Shown here: piece after piece, positions 40,640 to 49,205 of the stretch
How the letters are laid out: each line of letters opens with the position of its first letter
Position numbering within the stretch: position 1 is the first letter of the stretch
Source: Candidatus Nomurabacteria bacterium
Lineage (GTDB): Bacteria; Patescibacteriota; Minisyncoccia; Phycocordibacterales; UBA9973
Assembly: GCA_026395955.1 (NCBI GenBank)
Contig: JAPLXR010000008.1
Span: 5,179 to 69,178 of the forward strand
Length of the DNA: 64,000 nucleotides
Direction: 5' to 3'
Program-made: the position numbers and the translations under genes
The notes under the pieces: generated by a model
Databases searched by the model: none
What the model was told of the DNA's origin: nothing
Seen by the model: the letters and a program-made list of their open reading frames with translations, nothing else

Positions 40640-41146
40640 ATGTCAAGCCATACCAAGAAAATCATTAAAATACTAGGTGAAAAGAGTGCTGTGAGTGTCC
40701 AAAACCTCGTAGACGGCCCAATAAATGAAAAATACGCACTCACCCGTTCACTCAAAAACCTCCGCGAAGCGGGGCTGGTGGAGCATATTTCCAGTGGGCA
40801 AAATGATTACGCTCGCCTGACAAAAGAAGGAAAAAAGAAAATGCACAGTTTGAAGCTCGATAGCGACACAATGCTCGTGAATACTTCATGGGATGGATTC
40901 TGGAGAATTATTTTGCTCGACCTTCCCGAAGCTCGCAAAAGCGAACGCGAGAGTTTACGCTACTTATTAAAAAAGGCCGGCTTCGTGTGCCTGAAAAATT
41001 CTGCATGGATCTCCCCTTTTCCGTATGAATATCTTTTCGAAAATATTAAAAAGGATTTAGGACTCACGACAGAGATGATGATTATTGTCACTCAACACAT
41101 CGATGAAGAAACCAAAAAAGTTTTATTTGAAACTTTCGGAAAATAA
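40640..41146 (+). CDS. short PaaX-family transcriptional regulator (wHTH plus ferredoxin-like domain)
   Basis: LKNLREAGLV...ARLTKEG, WDGFWRIILLDLPE, LKKAGF..LKNSAWISPFP. Confidence 0.8.
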   Translation: MSSHTKKIIKILGEKSAVSVQNLVDGPINEKYALTRSLKNLREAGLVEHISSGQNDYARLTKEGKKKMHSLKLDSDTMLVNTSWDGFWRIILLDLPEARKSERESLRYLLKKAGFVCLKNSAWISPFPYEYLFENIKKDLGLTTEMMIIVTQHIDEETKKVLFETFGK

Positions 41147-41170
41147 AAAATCCCCGTAATGGGGATTTTT
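41146..41170. terminator. bidirectional terminator
   Basis: AAAAATCCCC-GTAAT-GGGGATTTTT. Confidence 0.75.
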
Positions 41171-41427
41171 TATTTTGTTTTCTCTAATTTTTCTACTCTC
41201 ATTGTGAGGTTCTCAATTCTTCTATCGTTATATGAGTTATCTCTATCTAAACTAGAAATACTTTGTCGAAAATTTTTATTATCATCATGAATAGTTTTAA
41301 TTTCTTTTATGATTATATCTAAAGCTCCTTCAACTCTTTCAAAAGACCTAGCAACAGACTGCATACTTTTTTCAAAAGTGCTTTCAGTTACATATTTTTC
41401 AGTTGTTTTCTTGACCACCTTTTTCAT
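41170..41427 (-). CDS. small coiled-coil hypothetical protein
   Basis: 85-aa heptad-patterned ORF ending RIENLTMRVEKLEK. Confidence 0.65.
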   Translation of the reverse strand: MKKVVKKTTEKYVTESTFEKSMQSVARSFERVEGALDIIIKEIKTIHDDNKNFRQSISSLDRDNSYNDRRIENLTMRVEKLEKTK

Positions 41428-41470
41428 AAATATATTATACTACTAGCTATTATTTTAATGCAAATACTTT

Positions 41471-42082
41471 TTAAGCCTTGTAACCAAATACATTCACTCG
41501 TGCTGGGCGGAGAACTTTGTCTTTTGACTTGTATCCTTTTTGTAAAACTTGAGATATAGTATCGTCTTTTGATTGATCATCTGTCGGCACATGTTCGACT
41601 GATTGATGCAGTTCTGGATTAAATTTCTCGCCGACTTTGCCGATAGATTGCACGCCGTAGTCTTCAAAAACAGAGTTCATTTGATTATAAATATATTCTA
41701 CACCTGTGCGCCAATTTGCGTCTACTTTCTCCCACGCAGTTTTATTGGCAAAAGCCATATCAAAACTATCCATCACCGAAAGAAATTTATCCATCATTCT
41801 TTCTTGGATAATATTTTTAAAATTTGTATTTCTATCTTCTTCTTCTTTTCTATAATTCACAAAACCTGCTCGCTCTTTCTGCCAGCCGGTAAGGTATTCC
41901 TCCTTTTCTGCTTTTGCCTGTTTTAAATCAGCACGAAGTTTCTTTAAAGTTTTCTTTAAATCTTCTTCCCCATCTTCATTAAATTCAAATTCGACGACTT
42001 CACTGTCGTCTGTAACCTCATCGGGAAATTGTGCTGGGATTTCAGTATTTTGTTGTACTATTTCTTCATTTTCTTCGCTCAT
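41471..42082 (-). CDS. grpE: nucleotide exchange factor GrpE
   Basis: ERAGFVNYRK, FNPELHQSV, LQKGY, LRPARVNV. Confidence 0.95.
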   Translation of the reverse strand: MSEENEEIVQQNTEIPAQFPDEVTDDSEVVEFEFNEDGEEDLKKTLKKLRADLKQAKAEKEEYLTGWQKERAGFVNYRKEEEDRNTNFKNIIQERMMDKFLSVMDSFDMAFANKTAWEKVDANWRTGVEYIYNQMNSVFEDYGVQSIGKVGEKFNPELHQSVEHVPTDDQSKDDTISQVLQKGYKSKDKVLRPARVNVFGYKA

Positions 42083-42098
42083 AAAGTCATTTTAGCAT

Positions 42099-42127
42099 AA
42101 AAAAAATCCTCTTGCGAGGATTTTTTT
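42099..42127 (-). terminator. terminator after rpsI
   Basis: AAAAAAATCCTC-TTGC-GAGGATTTTTTT. Confidence 0.75.
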
Positions 42128-42132
42128 CTTTC

Positions 42133-42531
42133 TTAACGTTTTGACCATTGTGGAGCTTTACGAGCTTTCTTGAGTCCGAATTTACGGCGTTCTTTTGCTC
42201 TAGGATCACGCTTTAGGAAACCAAGTTTCTTTACAGCGACACGTAGATCTGGTTGATCAGCAACGAGAGCACGAGTAAGTCCATGACGAATAGCTTCAGC
42301 TTGAGAATGTGTTCCTCCTCCTGAAACTTTTACTTCGTAAGAGAATTTCTTGTTTGGCTTACCTTTTACGATAGCTTCCATAACTATTCCCTTTTCTACT
42401 TCTGTCTTGAAATAGTCTTTTGCATCTTTACCATTGATAATGAAAGTTGGTTTTGCAGATTCAAAAATACGTACTCTCGCAGTAGATGTTTTTCTTCTTC
42501 CTATAGCTTCTATGTATTTTTCTTTTGTCAT
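42133..42531 (-). CDS. rpsI: 30S ribosomal protein S9
   Basis: GRRKTSTARV, GGGTHSQAEA, ERRKFGLKKARKAPQWSKR. Confidence 0.98.
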   Translation of the reverse strand: MTKEKYIEAIGRRKTSTARVRIFESAKPTFIINGKDAKDYFKTEVEKGIVMEAIVKGKPNKKFSYEVKVSGGGTHSQAEAIRHGLTRALVADQPDLRVAVKKLGFLKRDPRAKERRKFGLKKARKAPQWSKR

Positions 42532-42541
42532 ATTGTTTTTA

Positions 42542-42919
42542 TTAATCTGTTATTTCCAACCCTAACATCATTTTTCTTCTAAGCTTGTTATCTGGTAACA
42601 TTTGGTAGATTGCGAGTTTAACTAATTCTTTCAATCCTTTCTTCTCCATTGTTTCCTTTCCTTTTGTAATTCGGAGTCCCCCTGGGTATCCTGAATATTT
42701 AGTATGTTGTATTTCTTCTAACTTCTTCATTGTTATTTTTAACTTTGAAGCGTTAACGATAGTAACTGGTAAACCAGAAAAAACATTACGTTCAAATTTA
42801 GCTGAAGTTTTTCCCATCAAGTGCATAGCTGCTTCTGTAGCTACACGTCCTAGTGTACGTCCACTTGCATCGATGACCTTTGGAGCTATTTTATTTATTT
42901 GTGTTGTTTCTTTTTTCAT
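42542..42919 (-). CDS. rplM: 50S ribosomal protein L13 (short)
   Basis: IDASGRTLGRVAT, LMGK, SGYPGGL, MLPDNKL. Confidence 0.95.
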   Translation of the reverse strand: MKKETTQINKIAPKVIDASGRTLGRVATEAAMHLMGKTSAKFERNVFSGLPVTIVNASKLKITMKKLEEIQHTKYSGYPGGLRITKGKETMEKKGLKELVKLAIYQMLPDNKLRRKMMLGLEITD

Positions 42920-42940
42920 AATGTTTTTTCTTTTTTATAA

Positions 42941-43294
42941 TTATACAAATTCTATTTGCGCCATTTCTGTCGCATCAGACTTTCTTACTCCTAATTTTAA
43001 TATTCTTGTGTATCCACCTTTCTTGTCAGCGTATTGTGGAGCAATAATATCAAAAAGTTTCTTCACTTCTTTACTGCGATTTGTAAGACGAGCGATAACT
43101 ACACGACGTGAAGCTAAGTCTCCTTTCTTTGCTATAGTTACGAGCTTTTCAACGATAGGACGGATTTCTTTTGCTTTTGGCAAAGTAGTCTTGATTTTTC
43201 CACGTACGATCAAGTTGAGTACGAGTGAATTAATCAACGCACTGCGTTGTACTTTTTCTCTTCCGAATTTTCTGTTTTTGTTATGATGTCTCAT
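42941..43294 (-). CDS. rplQ: 50S ribosomal protein L17
   Basis: MRH, IKTTLPKAKE, GGYTRI. Confidence 0.98.
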   Translation of the reverse strand: MRHHNKNRKFGREKVQRSALINSLVLNLIVRGKIKTTLPKAKEIRPIVEKLVTIAKKGDLASRRVVIARLTNRSKEVKKLFDIIAPQYADKKGGYTRILKLGVRKSDATEMAQIEFV

Positions 43295-43304
43295 TGTATT
43301 TTAA

Positions 43305-44285
43305 TTAATCTTTCAAATTCAAACCAAATTTACTTAAAACTTTTTTGATTTCTGTTATACCTTTCTCACCCATTCCTTCGATTTCTAATAAATCTTCTTT
43401 TCTCTTGCGAGCAAGGCCACCAAGAGTGCGGACATTTGCATTTGTAAGAGCATTCAAAGTTCTAGTAGAAAGGTCGAGGTTATCTGTGCGAGTTTTCAAA
43501 ACTTCTGACATATCTTTATCATCTTCTTTGTCTTCCATTTTTTCTTCTGTATCTTTTGATGATTTCTTTTCTATTTTTTCTTCTACTTCAACTGGATCTT
43601 TGAAATCAACAATAGCTTTTAATTGTTCAATCATTATTTCGATAGAACGAGTTAAAGCTTCACGTGGAGTAAGTGTTCCGTTTGTTTCGATAGCAATACG
43701 TAGACGATTGTGGTTTGTTTTATCACCAACACGCATATTTTCTACTTCATATGAAATACGACGAATAGGTGTGAAAATAGCATCGACAGCAATAGTACCG
43801 ATTTCTACTTTATCTTTTTGTATAACTTCTTTTGGAACAAAGCCGAGGCCTTTTTCAATACGAAGTTCAATATTTAAATTAATTTTACCTGTAACTTCAC
43901 AGATATGTTGATCTGGACTTAGAACTTCAACTTGTCCTGTTGTTGTAATATCAGCAGCAGTTACAGACTTTGGTCCTTTTACAGACAAAGTAACTGTTTG
44001 AGGCTCATCACCGATAATCTTAAAGCGAACTTTTTTCAAGTTCAAAATCATAACGATAACGTCTTCTTTAACTCCTTCTAGTGTAGAAAATTCGTGACTA
44101 ACACCATCTATCTTTATAGATGTGATAGCAGCACCTGGTAAAGAAGAAAGAATGATTCTTCGTAGAGAGTTACCAAGAGTATGTCCATAGCCAGGATAAA
44201 AACCATCTATTTCATAGATTCCTTTGTTGTTTTCTTCTGAAACAACTCGTGGTTTGGAAGGTAAGATTATATTATAGTCAATCAT
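43305..44285 (-). CDS. rpoA: RNA polymerase subunit alpha
   Basis: GYGHTLGNSLRRIILSS, HEFSTLEGVKEDV, VDAIFTP, C-terminal LSTRTLNAL. Confidence 0.98.
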   Translation of the reverse strand: MIDYNIILPSKPRVVSEENNKGIYEIDGFYPGYGHTLGNSLRRIILSSLPGAAITSIKIDGVSHEFSTLEGVKEDVIVMILNLKKVRFKIIGDEPQTVTLSVKGPKSVTAADITTTGQVEVLSPDQHICEVTGKINLNIELRIEKGLGFVPKEVIQKDKVEIGTIAVDAIFTPIRRISYEVENMRVGDKTNHNRLRIAIETNGTLTPREALTRSIEIMIEQLKAIVDFKDPVEVEEKIEKKSSKDTEEKMEDKEDDKDMSEVLKTRTDNLDLSTRTLNALTNANVRTLGGLARKRKEDLLEIEGMGEKGITEIKKVLSKFGLNLKD

Positions 44286-44343
44286 ATTTTTTTATAAAAA
44301 TTATTATTATTTTTAAAATGTTAAACCTATCTTTAAAAGCTAA

Positions 44344-44940
44344 TTAACGACTGTAAAATTCTAGGACAGCATTAAGGTCAAGGAAAGTTTCAACATTCTT
44401 TGGTTTATCCTTGATCGACCCTTCACCTTTTGTTACATTGAATCCGAGCCATACTGGAGCACTGTATTCTTTTAATTTTTCTCCTAAATTATTAAAAAGT
44501 ACTGAACCACGACTTCCTTCACGGATAGTGATTACATCTCCTGCTTTTGTTTCATATGATGGAACAGTAGTTCTCTTTCCATTAACGATAAAATGACCGT
44601 GTGATACCATTTGACGAGCTAAACGGCGAGTATGAGCGAGACCCATACGGTATACAACATTGTCTAAACGAGCTTCTAGTCTTTCGTAAAGTTTATCAGC
44701 TGCACCAGCACCTTTTGCCTTGATAGCATCACCTACATAATTTGAAAGTTGTCTTTCAGTAATACCATAAGAAAAACGAACTTTTTGTTTTTCTACTAGA
44801 GCTTTACCGTATTCAGACAATGCCTTTGGACGAGCACCTTTTTTACCTTTTGGAGCAACTACGAATTTAGCTGTCTGACATTTGTCATACACTCCTGGGC
44901 CTAGTCTTCTACAAATTTTGAATTTTGGTTTTGATATCAT
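44344..44940 (-). CDS. rpsD: 30S ribosomal protein S4
   Basis: SEYG..LVEKQK, LEARLDNVVYRMG, ARQMVSHGH, EFYSR. Confidence 0.98.
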   Translation of the reverse strand: MISKPKFKICRRLGPGVYDKCQTAKFVVAPKGKKGARPKALSEYGKALVEKQKVRFSYGITERQLSNYVGDAIKAKGAGAADKLYERLEARLDNVVYRMGLAHTRRLARQMVSHGHFIVNGKRTTVPSYETKAGDVITIREGSRGSVLFNNLGEKLKEYSAPVWLGFNVTKGEGSIKDKPKNVETFLDLNAVLEFYSR

Positions 44941-44961
44941 AATATTTTTTAAAAATTAACT

Positions 44962-45390
44962 TTATACTCTACGAGGTTTCTTTGCTTTTGGACCATTGTG
45001 TGGGACAGGTGTAGCATCTTTGATAGAAGTTATTTCTATACCGTGAGCCATGAACGCACGAATAGCTGGTTCACGTCCTGAGCCAACTCCTTTTACAACT
45101 ACATCAGCTTCTTTGATTCCAAGTGTTTGTGCTTTATCACCTACAACGTCTCCAGCTTTTGAAGCAGCGAATGGTGTACCCTTCTTAGCACCTTTGAATC
45201 CTAATGCTCCAGTAGATGACCAAAAGATAACGTTACCATTTTTATCTGTAAATGAAACCTTTGTGTTATTGAAAGTAGCTTCAACATACAAAATCCCAGA
45301 AGTTAATTTCTTCTTTGGAACTTTTTGTGCAGGAGTTTTTACTTCTGCTACTTCTACTTTCTCTTCTGTTGTTTTTGTTGTTTTAGCCAT
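44962..45390 (-). CDS. rpsK: 30S ribosomal protein S11
   Basis: ATFNNT, GFKGAKKGTPFAA, DATPVPHNG. Confidence 0.98.
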   Translation of the reverse strand: MAKTTKTTEEKVEVAEVKTPAQKVPKKKLTSGILYVEATFNNTKVSFTDKNGNVIFWSSTGALGFKGAKKGTPFAASKAGDVVGDKAQTLGIKEADVVVKGVGSGREPAIRAFMAHGIEITSIKDATPVPHNGPKAKKPRRV

Positions 45391-45404
45391 TTTATTTAAA
45401 TTAA

Positions 45405-45785
45405 TTATGTCTTACTTTCTTTTCTTCTTCCTGATGCCATTGTCTTTCTGACATTTCCACGAACTGTTCTAGAATTAGTCTTTGTTCTTTGTCCACGTAC
45501 TGGTAGTCTTTTTGTATGACGACTTCCTCTGTAACTCTTGATATCTTTTAATCTTTTTATGTTTGCTGAAATTTCTCTTTTTAGGTTACCTTCGATAGTC
45601 ATAGCTTCGATTATCGCACGGATTTTGTTTTCATCGTCTGGAGACAAGTCTTTTGCTTTTGTACCAGGATCGATGTTGACTTGCTTTAGAATTCTGCGAG
45701 CCATAGGAATACCAATACCATAAAGGCATGTTAAACCAATTTCTAATCTTTTTTCGTTTGGAACTGTTATACCTAGGATTCTCAT
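45405..45785 (-). CDS. rpsM: 30S ribosomal protein S13
   Basis: LTCLYGIG, YRGSRH..RLPVRGQRTKTN. Confidence 0.98.
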   Translation of the reverse strand: MRILGITVPNEKRLEIGLTCLYGIGIPMARRILKQVNIDPGTKAKDLSPDDENKIRAIIEAMTIEGNLKREISANIKRLKDIKSYRGSRHTKRLPVRGQRTKTNSRTVRGNVRKTMASGRRKESKT

Positions 45786-45789
45786 ATAA

Positions 45790-45900
45790 TTATTGTTTTT
45801 GTTTATGCTTAGGGTTAGTACAAATAACTCGTAGATGTCTTTGACGTCTTACGATTTTACAATTATCACAAATTTTTTGAACTGCTGATTTTATTTTCAT
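45790..45900 (-). CDS. rpmJ: 50S ribosomal protein L36 (absent from the ORF track)
   Basis: Manual translation [36 protein letters not shown]; canonical position between infA and rpsM. Confidence 0.96.
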   Translation of the reverse strand: MKIKSAVQKICDNCKIVRRQRHLRVICTNPKHKQKQ

Positions 45901-46002
45901 ATATATTATAACAAGACAAAAATAAGGGAAAAAACCCTTATTTAATCAGTTTTAAAACCATTTAAATACTATAAGATTCAGTATACACTATTGTTAAAAA
46001 AA

Positions 46003-46224
46003 TTACAACCTTTTCGTTATTCTACCCTTTCCTCCGTAAGGATCTAGAACAACTTCTACAGAATCTCCGATTAAAACTTTGATTCTGTTCATCCTCATTT
46101 TTCCTGAAAGATAAGCTAGGATTTCTTTATTATCCTCCATCATAACTCTAAAAAGAGTACTAGGTAACGCCTCAGTTACTTCACCTCTGGCTGTTAAAAT
46201 TTTATCATTTTTGGAATCACTCAT
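46003..46224 (-). CDS. infA: translation initiation factor IF-1
   Basis: GEVTEALP..LFRV, LAYLSGKMRMNRIKVLIGD. Confidence 0.96.
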   Translation of the reverse strand: MSDSKNDKILTARGEVTEALPSTLFRVMMEDNKEILAYLSGKMRMNRIKVLIGDSVEVVLDPYGGKGRITKRL

Positions 46225-46372
46225 GGATATAGATACATAGTAACAAAATAAAATAATAAAGTCAAAACATTTTATGTTAATAACAATATTTTATAAGACT
46301 TTAATACAAATTGACTTAAATTTTTAAAAATTATAAAGTATATATAAATAAATGTAACTAAAAAACAAGAAA

Positions 46373-46684
46373 ATGGAACCAGAAAATTCAACAAAAAAGG
46401 ACACTTCTGTTAGCCCTGAAGTTAAAGCTTTTGCTAGGATACTTATAGTTGCTGGTATTTTTTTTATTATATCTTATGTGTGTTACGATAATTCAAACAC
46501 TCAATATGTTTTTGTATTTTTAGGATGTTTATCTGTATTAATATCTATAATTATATTAATAATAAAAGGACAAAAACATAGAAAAGAACGTAAGGAAATA
46601 AAAAAACAAAGCAACACAGTAAACGAAAAAGCTATTTGTTTTATTAATAAAACAGTAAAACAAAACAAGCAAAAAACCGGATAA
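46373..46684 (+). CDS. 2-TM hypothetical protein
   Basis: Two hydrophobic helices, basic tail; TTGACT-17-TAAAGT promoter at 46311-46339. Confidence 0.6.
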   Translation: MEPENSTKKDTSVSPEVKAFARILIVAGIFFIISYVCYDNSNTQYVFVFLGCLSVLISIIILIIKGQKHRKERKEIKKQSNTVNEKAICFINKTVKQNKQKTG

Positions 46685-46699
46685 TTATTCCGGTTTTTT
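46671..46699. terminator. bidirectional terminator
   Basis: AAAAAACCGGA-TAATTAT-TCCGGTTTTTT. Confidence 0.75.
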
Positions 46700-46702
46700 T
46701 AT

Positions 46703-47983
46703 TTATATTTTAGGATAATTTACTGTAATCTTTATATTTTTAACCTTATCAGGAAATGTAGTTCTCCATGCGGGACGAAGTACTAAATCAGCAGAAGAGA
46801 TATTTGTGTACTTTGATAGAGTAGTGTTGAAATCTTTTTTACTACTATTCAATAAATCTGTGGCGAGCTTGTCTGTATCTACTTTCCATATAACATTTGG
46901 TGATCCAGTCAAAGTAAAATCTATTTTTGTGGTATTTGAGAATGAATCACCGTCTTTTGATGACAATGCAAAGATTAAGTCTTTAATATTTGAAATATAA
47001 ACATCGCTACCATCAAACTGAGGTATTAAATTATTTACTAAAGCAATAGTTAGATTCTTCTCATTAAAAATAAAACCATATATAGTACCTTTTAATGTAA
47101 ACACGGCTTGATTGTCTTTTACCTCTGGTGTAGGCACATCAGCAGGTATATCAAAGAAAACAGCATCTTTATATAGAATAAAACCATCTGGTATTTGATC
47201 TGTAGCTTTCTTTAAAAGCTTGTCTTTCAATGAACTTTGTAGATCTGTTAAGGCTTTTGCTTTAGCAATATCATCAATTATCGGAATTTGACCCTTAAAA
47301 CCTCCTACAATAGGATTTTTTGATCTACCGTATATCTTTGTGTATTGTAGAGAGCCTTTAAATCCTAAAATTTTAAAATCCAATGGATCACTATTGTAAT
47401 CTTGACCAAAATCAAAAGCGGTAATTCCAGCTTCTATAGAACCTGGTAATTTGTCTTTTGTAATACCAGGGATAGATACTTTTGCATTTAAATTATAAAT
47501 CTTTCCATTACTACCTTCGAGTCTAGTACCAGCTAGCAGAACTTGTGGAGTAGTATTAAAATTATTATATAAAATAATTGTACCAGTAGCTTTGACTGTA
47601 CTATCTTTCATACCTGTTGTAGCTATATTTTCTGTTGCCTCTCCTGATAAAATTACTGAATCATAACTCAAAACGTCAGATGAAGAATTTTTTACAGCAC
47701 TAAAAGATGAACTTAAGTTAAAATTTTTCTCTTTTGGTGATACAGTGACACTAGCACTTGAGAACAAGGTAGAAATTGAAAATATTAAAAACACAATAGC
47801 AATAATAGCTATAAACCACAATGTTTTTTTAGGTTTATTTTCATTGTCGTCATAAAAATCATCACTCTCTATTTTTCTATGTTGAACAATACGTTTTGGA
47901 CTCAAATCCATAACTTTATTTTCTATTGTTTTATTTTTTACACTTTTAGATGTAATTATGTCTTGAAAAGAATTTTTTGCCAT
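46703..47983 (-). CDS. single-pass membrane protein with large beta-rich ectodomain (possibly baseplate-J/gp47-like)
   Basis: Cytoplasmic N-terminus, one TM, KATGTIILYN...LLAGTRL...VSIPG...PGSIE..A...G.DYN pattern. Confidence 0.6.
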   Translation of the reverse strand: MAKNSFQDIITSKSVKNKTIENKVMDLSPKRIVQHRKIESDDFYDDNENKPKKTLWFIAIIAIVFLIFSISTLFSSASVTVSPKEKNFNLSSSFSAVKNSSSDVLSYDSVILSGEATENIATTGMKDSTVKATGTIILYNNFNTTPQVLLAGTRLEGSNGKIYNLNAKVSIPGITKDKLPGSIEAGITAFDFGQDYNSDPLDFKILGFKGSLQYTKIYGRSKNPIVGGFKGQIPIIDDIAKAKALTDLQSSLKDKLLKKATDQIPDGFILYKDAVFFDIPADVPTPEVKDNQAVFTLKGTIYGFIFNEKNLTIALVNNLIPQFDGSDVYISNIKDLIFALSSKDGDSFSNTTKIDFTLTGSPNVIWKVDTDKLATDLLNSSKKDFNTTLSKYTNISSADLVLRPAWRTTFPDKVKNIKITVNYPKI

Positions 47984-47992
47984 AATAATATT

Positions 47993-49165
47993 TTATTTAA
48001 GGAAACGATTAATATAAATAGATTCGAGAATAATAAATCGGTCTCGAGAAATACCGTCTTTGAATGAAGCAATACCGTGAAGTGTCTGTGTATCTAAAAC
48101 AACTAATTTAAACTTTGATTCAGTTAGAGTATATTGATTGAATTGTTCATTTTTAATAGTTTCTACAAACCAATTAGACACGTCTTCATCTGCTGTAGTG
48201 AAAATAACTGAAGGTATAGATATGTCATTTGAAAGATTTACCAAAGAATTTTGAAAGTTTTTCAACCAATCAGCTTTAACTTTTATTAAAGACTCATCTA
48301 TCCTTACTTTTAAAACTTCTTCAGCATGACCTTCTCTATATAAAGCAAAAAGTGATTTAGCTTGATCAATAGTTTGACCGAGTAATTCAGCTAAACTTCT
48401 ATACAAAAAATTCTTGCCCATAGGGAAAGATATAGACTCACAGAGAATTTCTTTCTTAACCATAGAAATATCTGTAACTTCCCCACCGATATCTATAAGT
48501 AAAAAACTTTCACGCATTATAAACATATCACGAGCAACGGTAAAACAATTTATCGCCAAAGACGAAAAGATTATACCTTTTGAATGTAAATGTCGTCCTA
48601 TTGATTCTTCGAATTTTTGCAAGACAGATTCTGGGCTCATAGACATAAACAAAACCATCTCTACTTTACTAGCTTTTTCTCCTATCGGAGCTGTAGTAAC
48701 ATAGCCATTCAAAGTAGTTTTCATGTTTTTAAACTCAATGATACGAGCCTTTTTATCTGTTGTAGCGTACTGATTGATATGTTCTTCTTCAAATAAAGCA
48801 ATTTCTTTCTGAATTAAACCATCTGCCATTTTTGCAGTAAAAATAAATGGTGTATTTTTCTCTAATTTTATCGTACGTGTTTGTGACGCATACCAAGGAG
48901 AAGAAAGTGTGCAATATGTTTTTTTTGGTGCACCTAAACCTGATAGACTTATCTTCTTTGCAACTTCTTCTAATGCTTTTAATCCTAAATCTAAAAATCT
49001 ATTAAATTCTAATTTTTCAGTAATAGGAATTTCTTCACGAACAGAAAAAATAATCTCTGGACTACCGGAAGAGTTTTTATAAAAAAGAGCAGCACCGACA
49101 CTGGAAGACCCAATATCAAAAACTGCAACTAATTCATTTTTTTCTTTTTTAGAAAAGAGATTCAT
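47993..49165 (-). CDS. FtsA/PilM-like actin-fold protein
   Basis: VAVFDIGSSSV (phosphate 1), FLLIDIGGEVTDIS (phosphate 2), FPMGKN. Confidence 0.75.
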   Translation of the reverse strand: MNLFSKKEKNELVAVFDIGSSSVGAALFYKNSSGSPEIIFSVREEIPITEKLEFNRFLDLGLKALEEVAKKISLSGLGAPKKTYCTLSSPWYASQTRTIKLEKNTPFIFTAKMADGLIQKEIALFEEEHINQYATTDKKARIIEFKNMKTTLNGYVTTAPIGEKASKVEMVLFMSMSPESVLQKFEESIGRHLHSKGIIFSSLAINCFTVARDMFIMRESFLLIDIGGEVTDISMVKKEILCESISFPMGKNFLYRSLAELLGQTIDQAKSLFALYREGHAEEVLKVRIDESLIKVKADWLKNFQNSLVNLSNDISIPSVIFTTADEDVSNWFVETIKNEQFNQYTLTESKFKLVVLDTQTLHGIASFKDGISRDRFIILESIYINRFLK

Positions 49166-49205
49166 ATGATAATTGTATCATACAAAAAATAAAATATGAA
49201 AAGTT

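Noticed and set aside
40640-41146. Possible Cas2 / CRISPR locus
   Set aside because: The Cas2-like ferredoxin segment is part of a PaaX-type protein with an N-terminal wHTH; no cas1 or repeat-spacer array was seen in the window
42083-42100. CIRCE operator upstream of grpE (TTAGCA)
   Set aside because: Only a partial half-site, which is the reverse complement of the TGCTAAAAT extended -10; the second arm is absent
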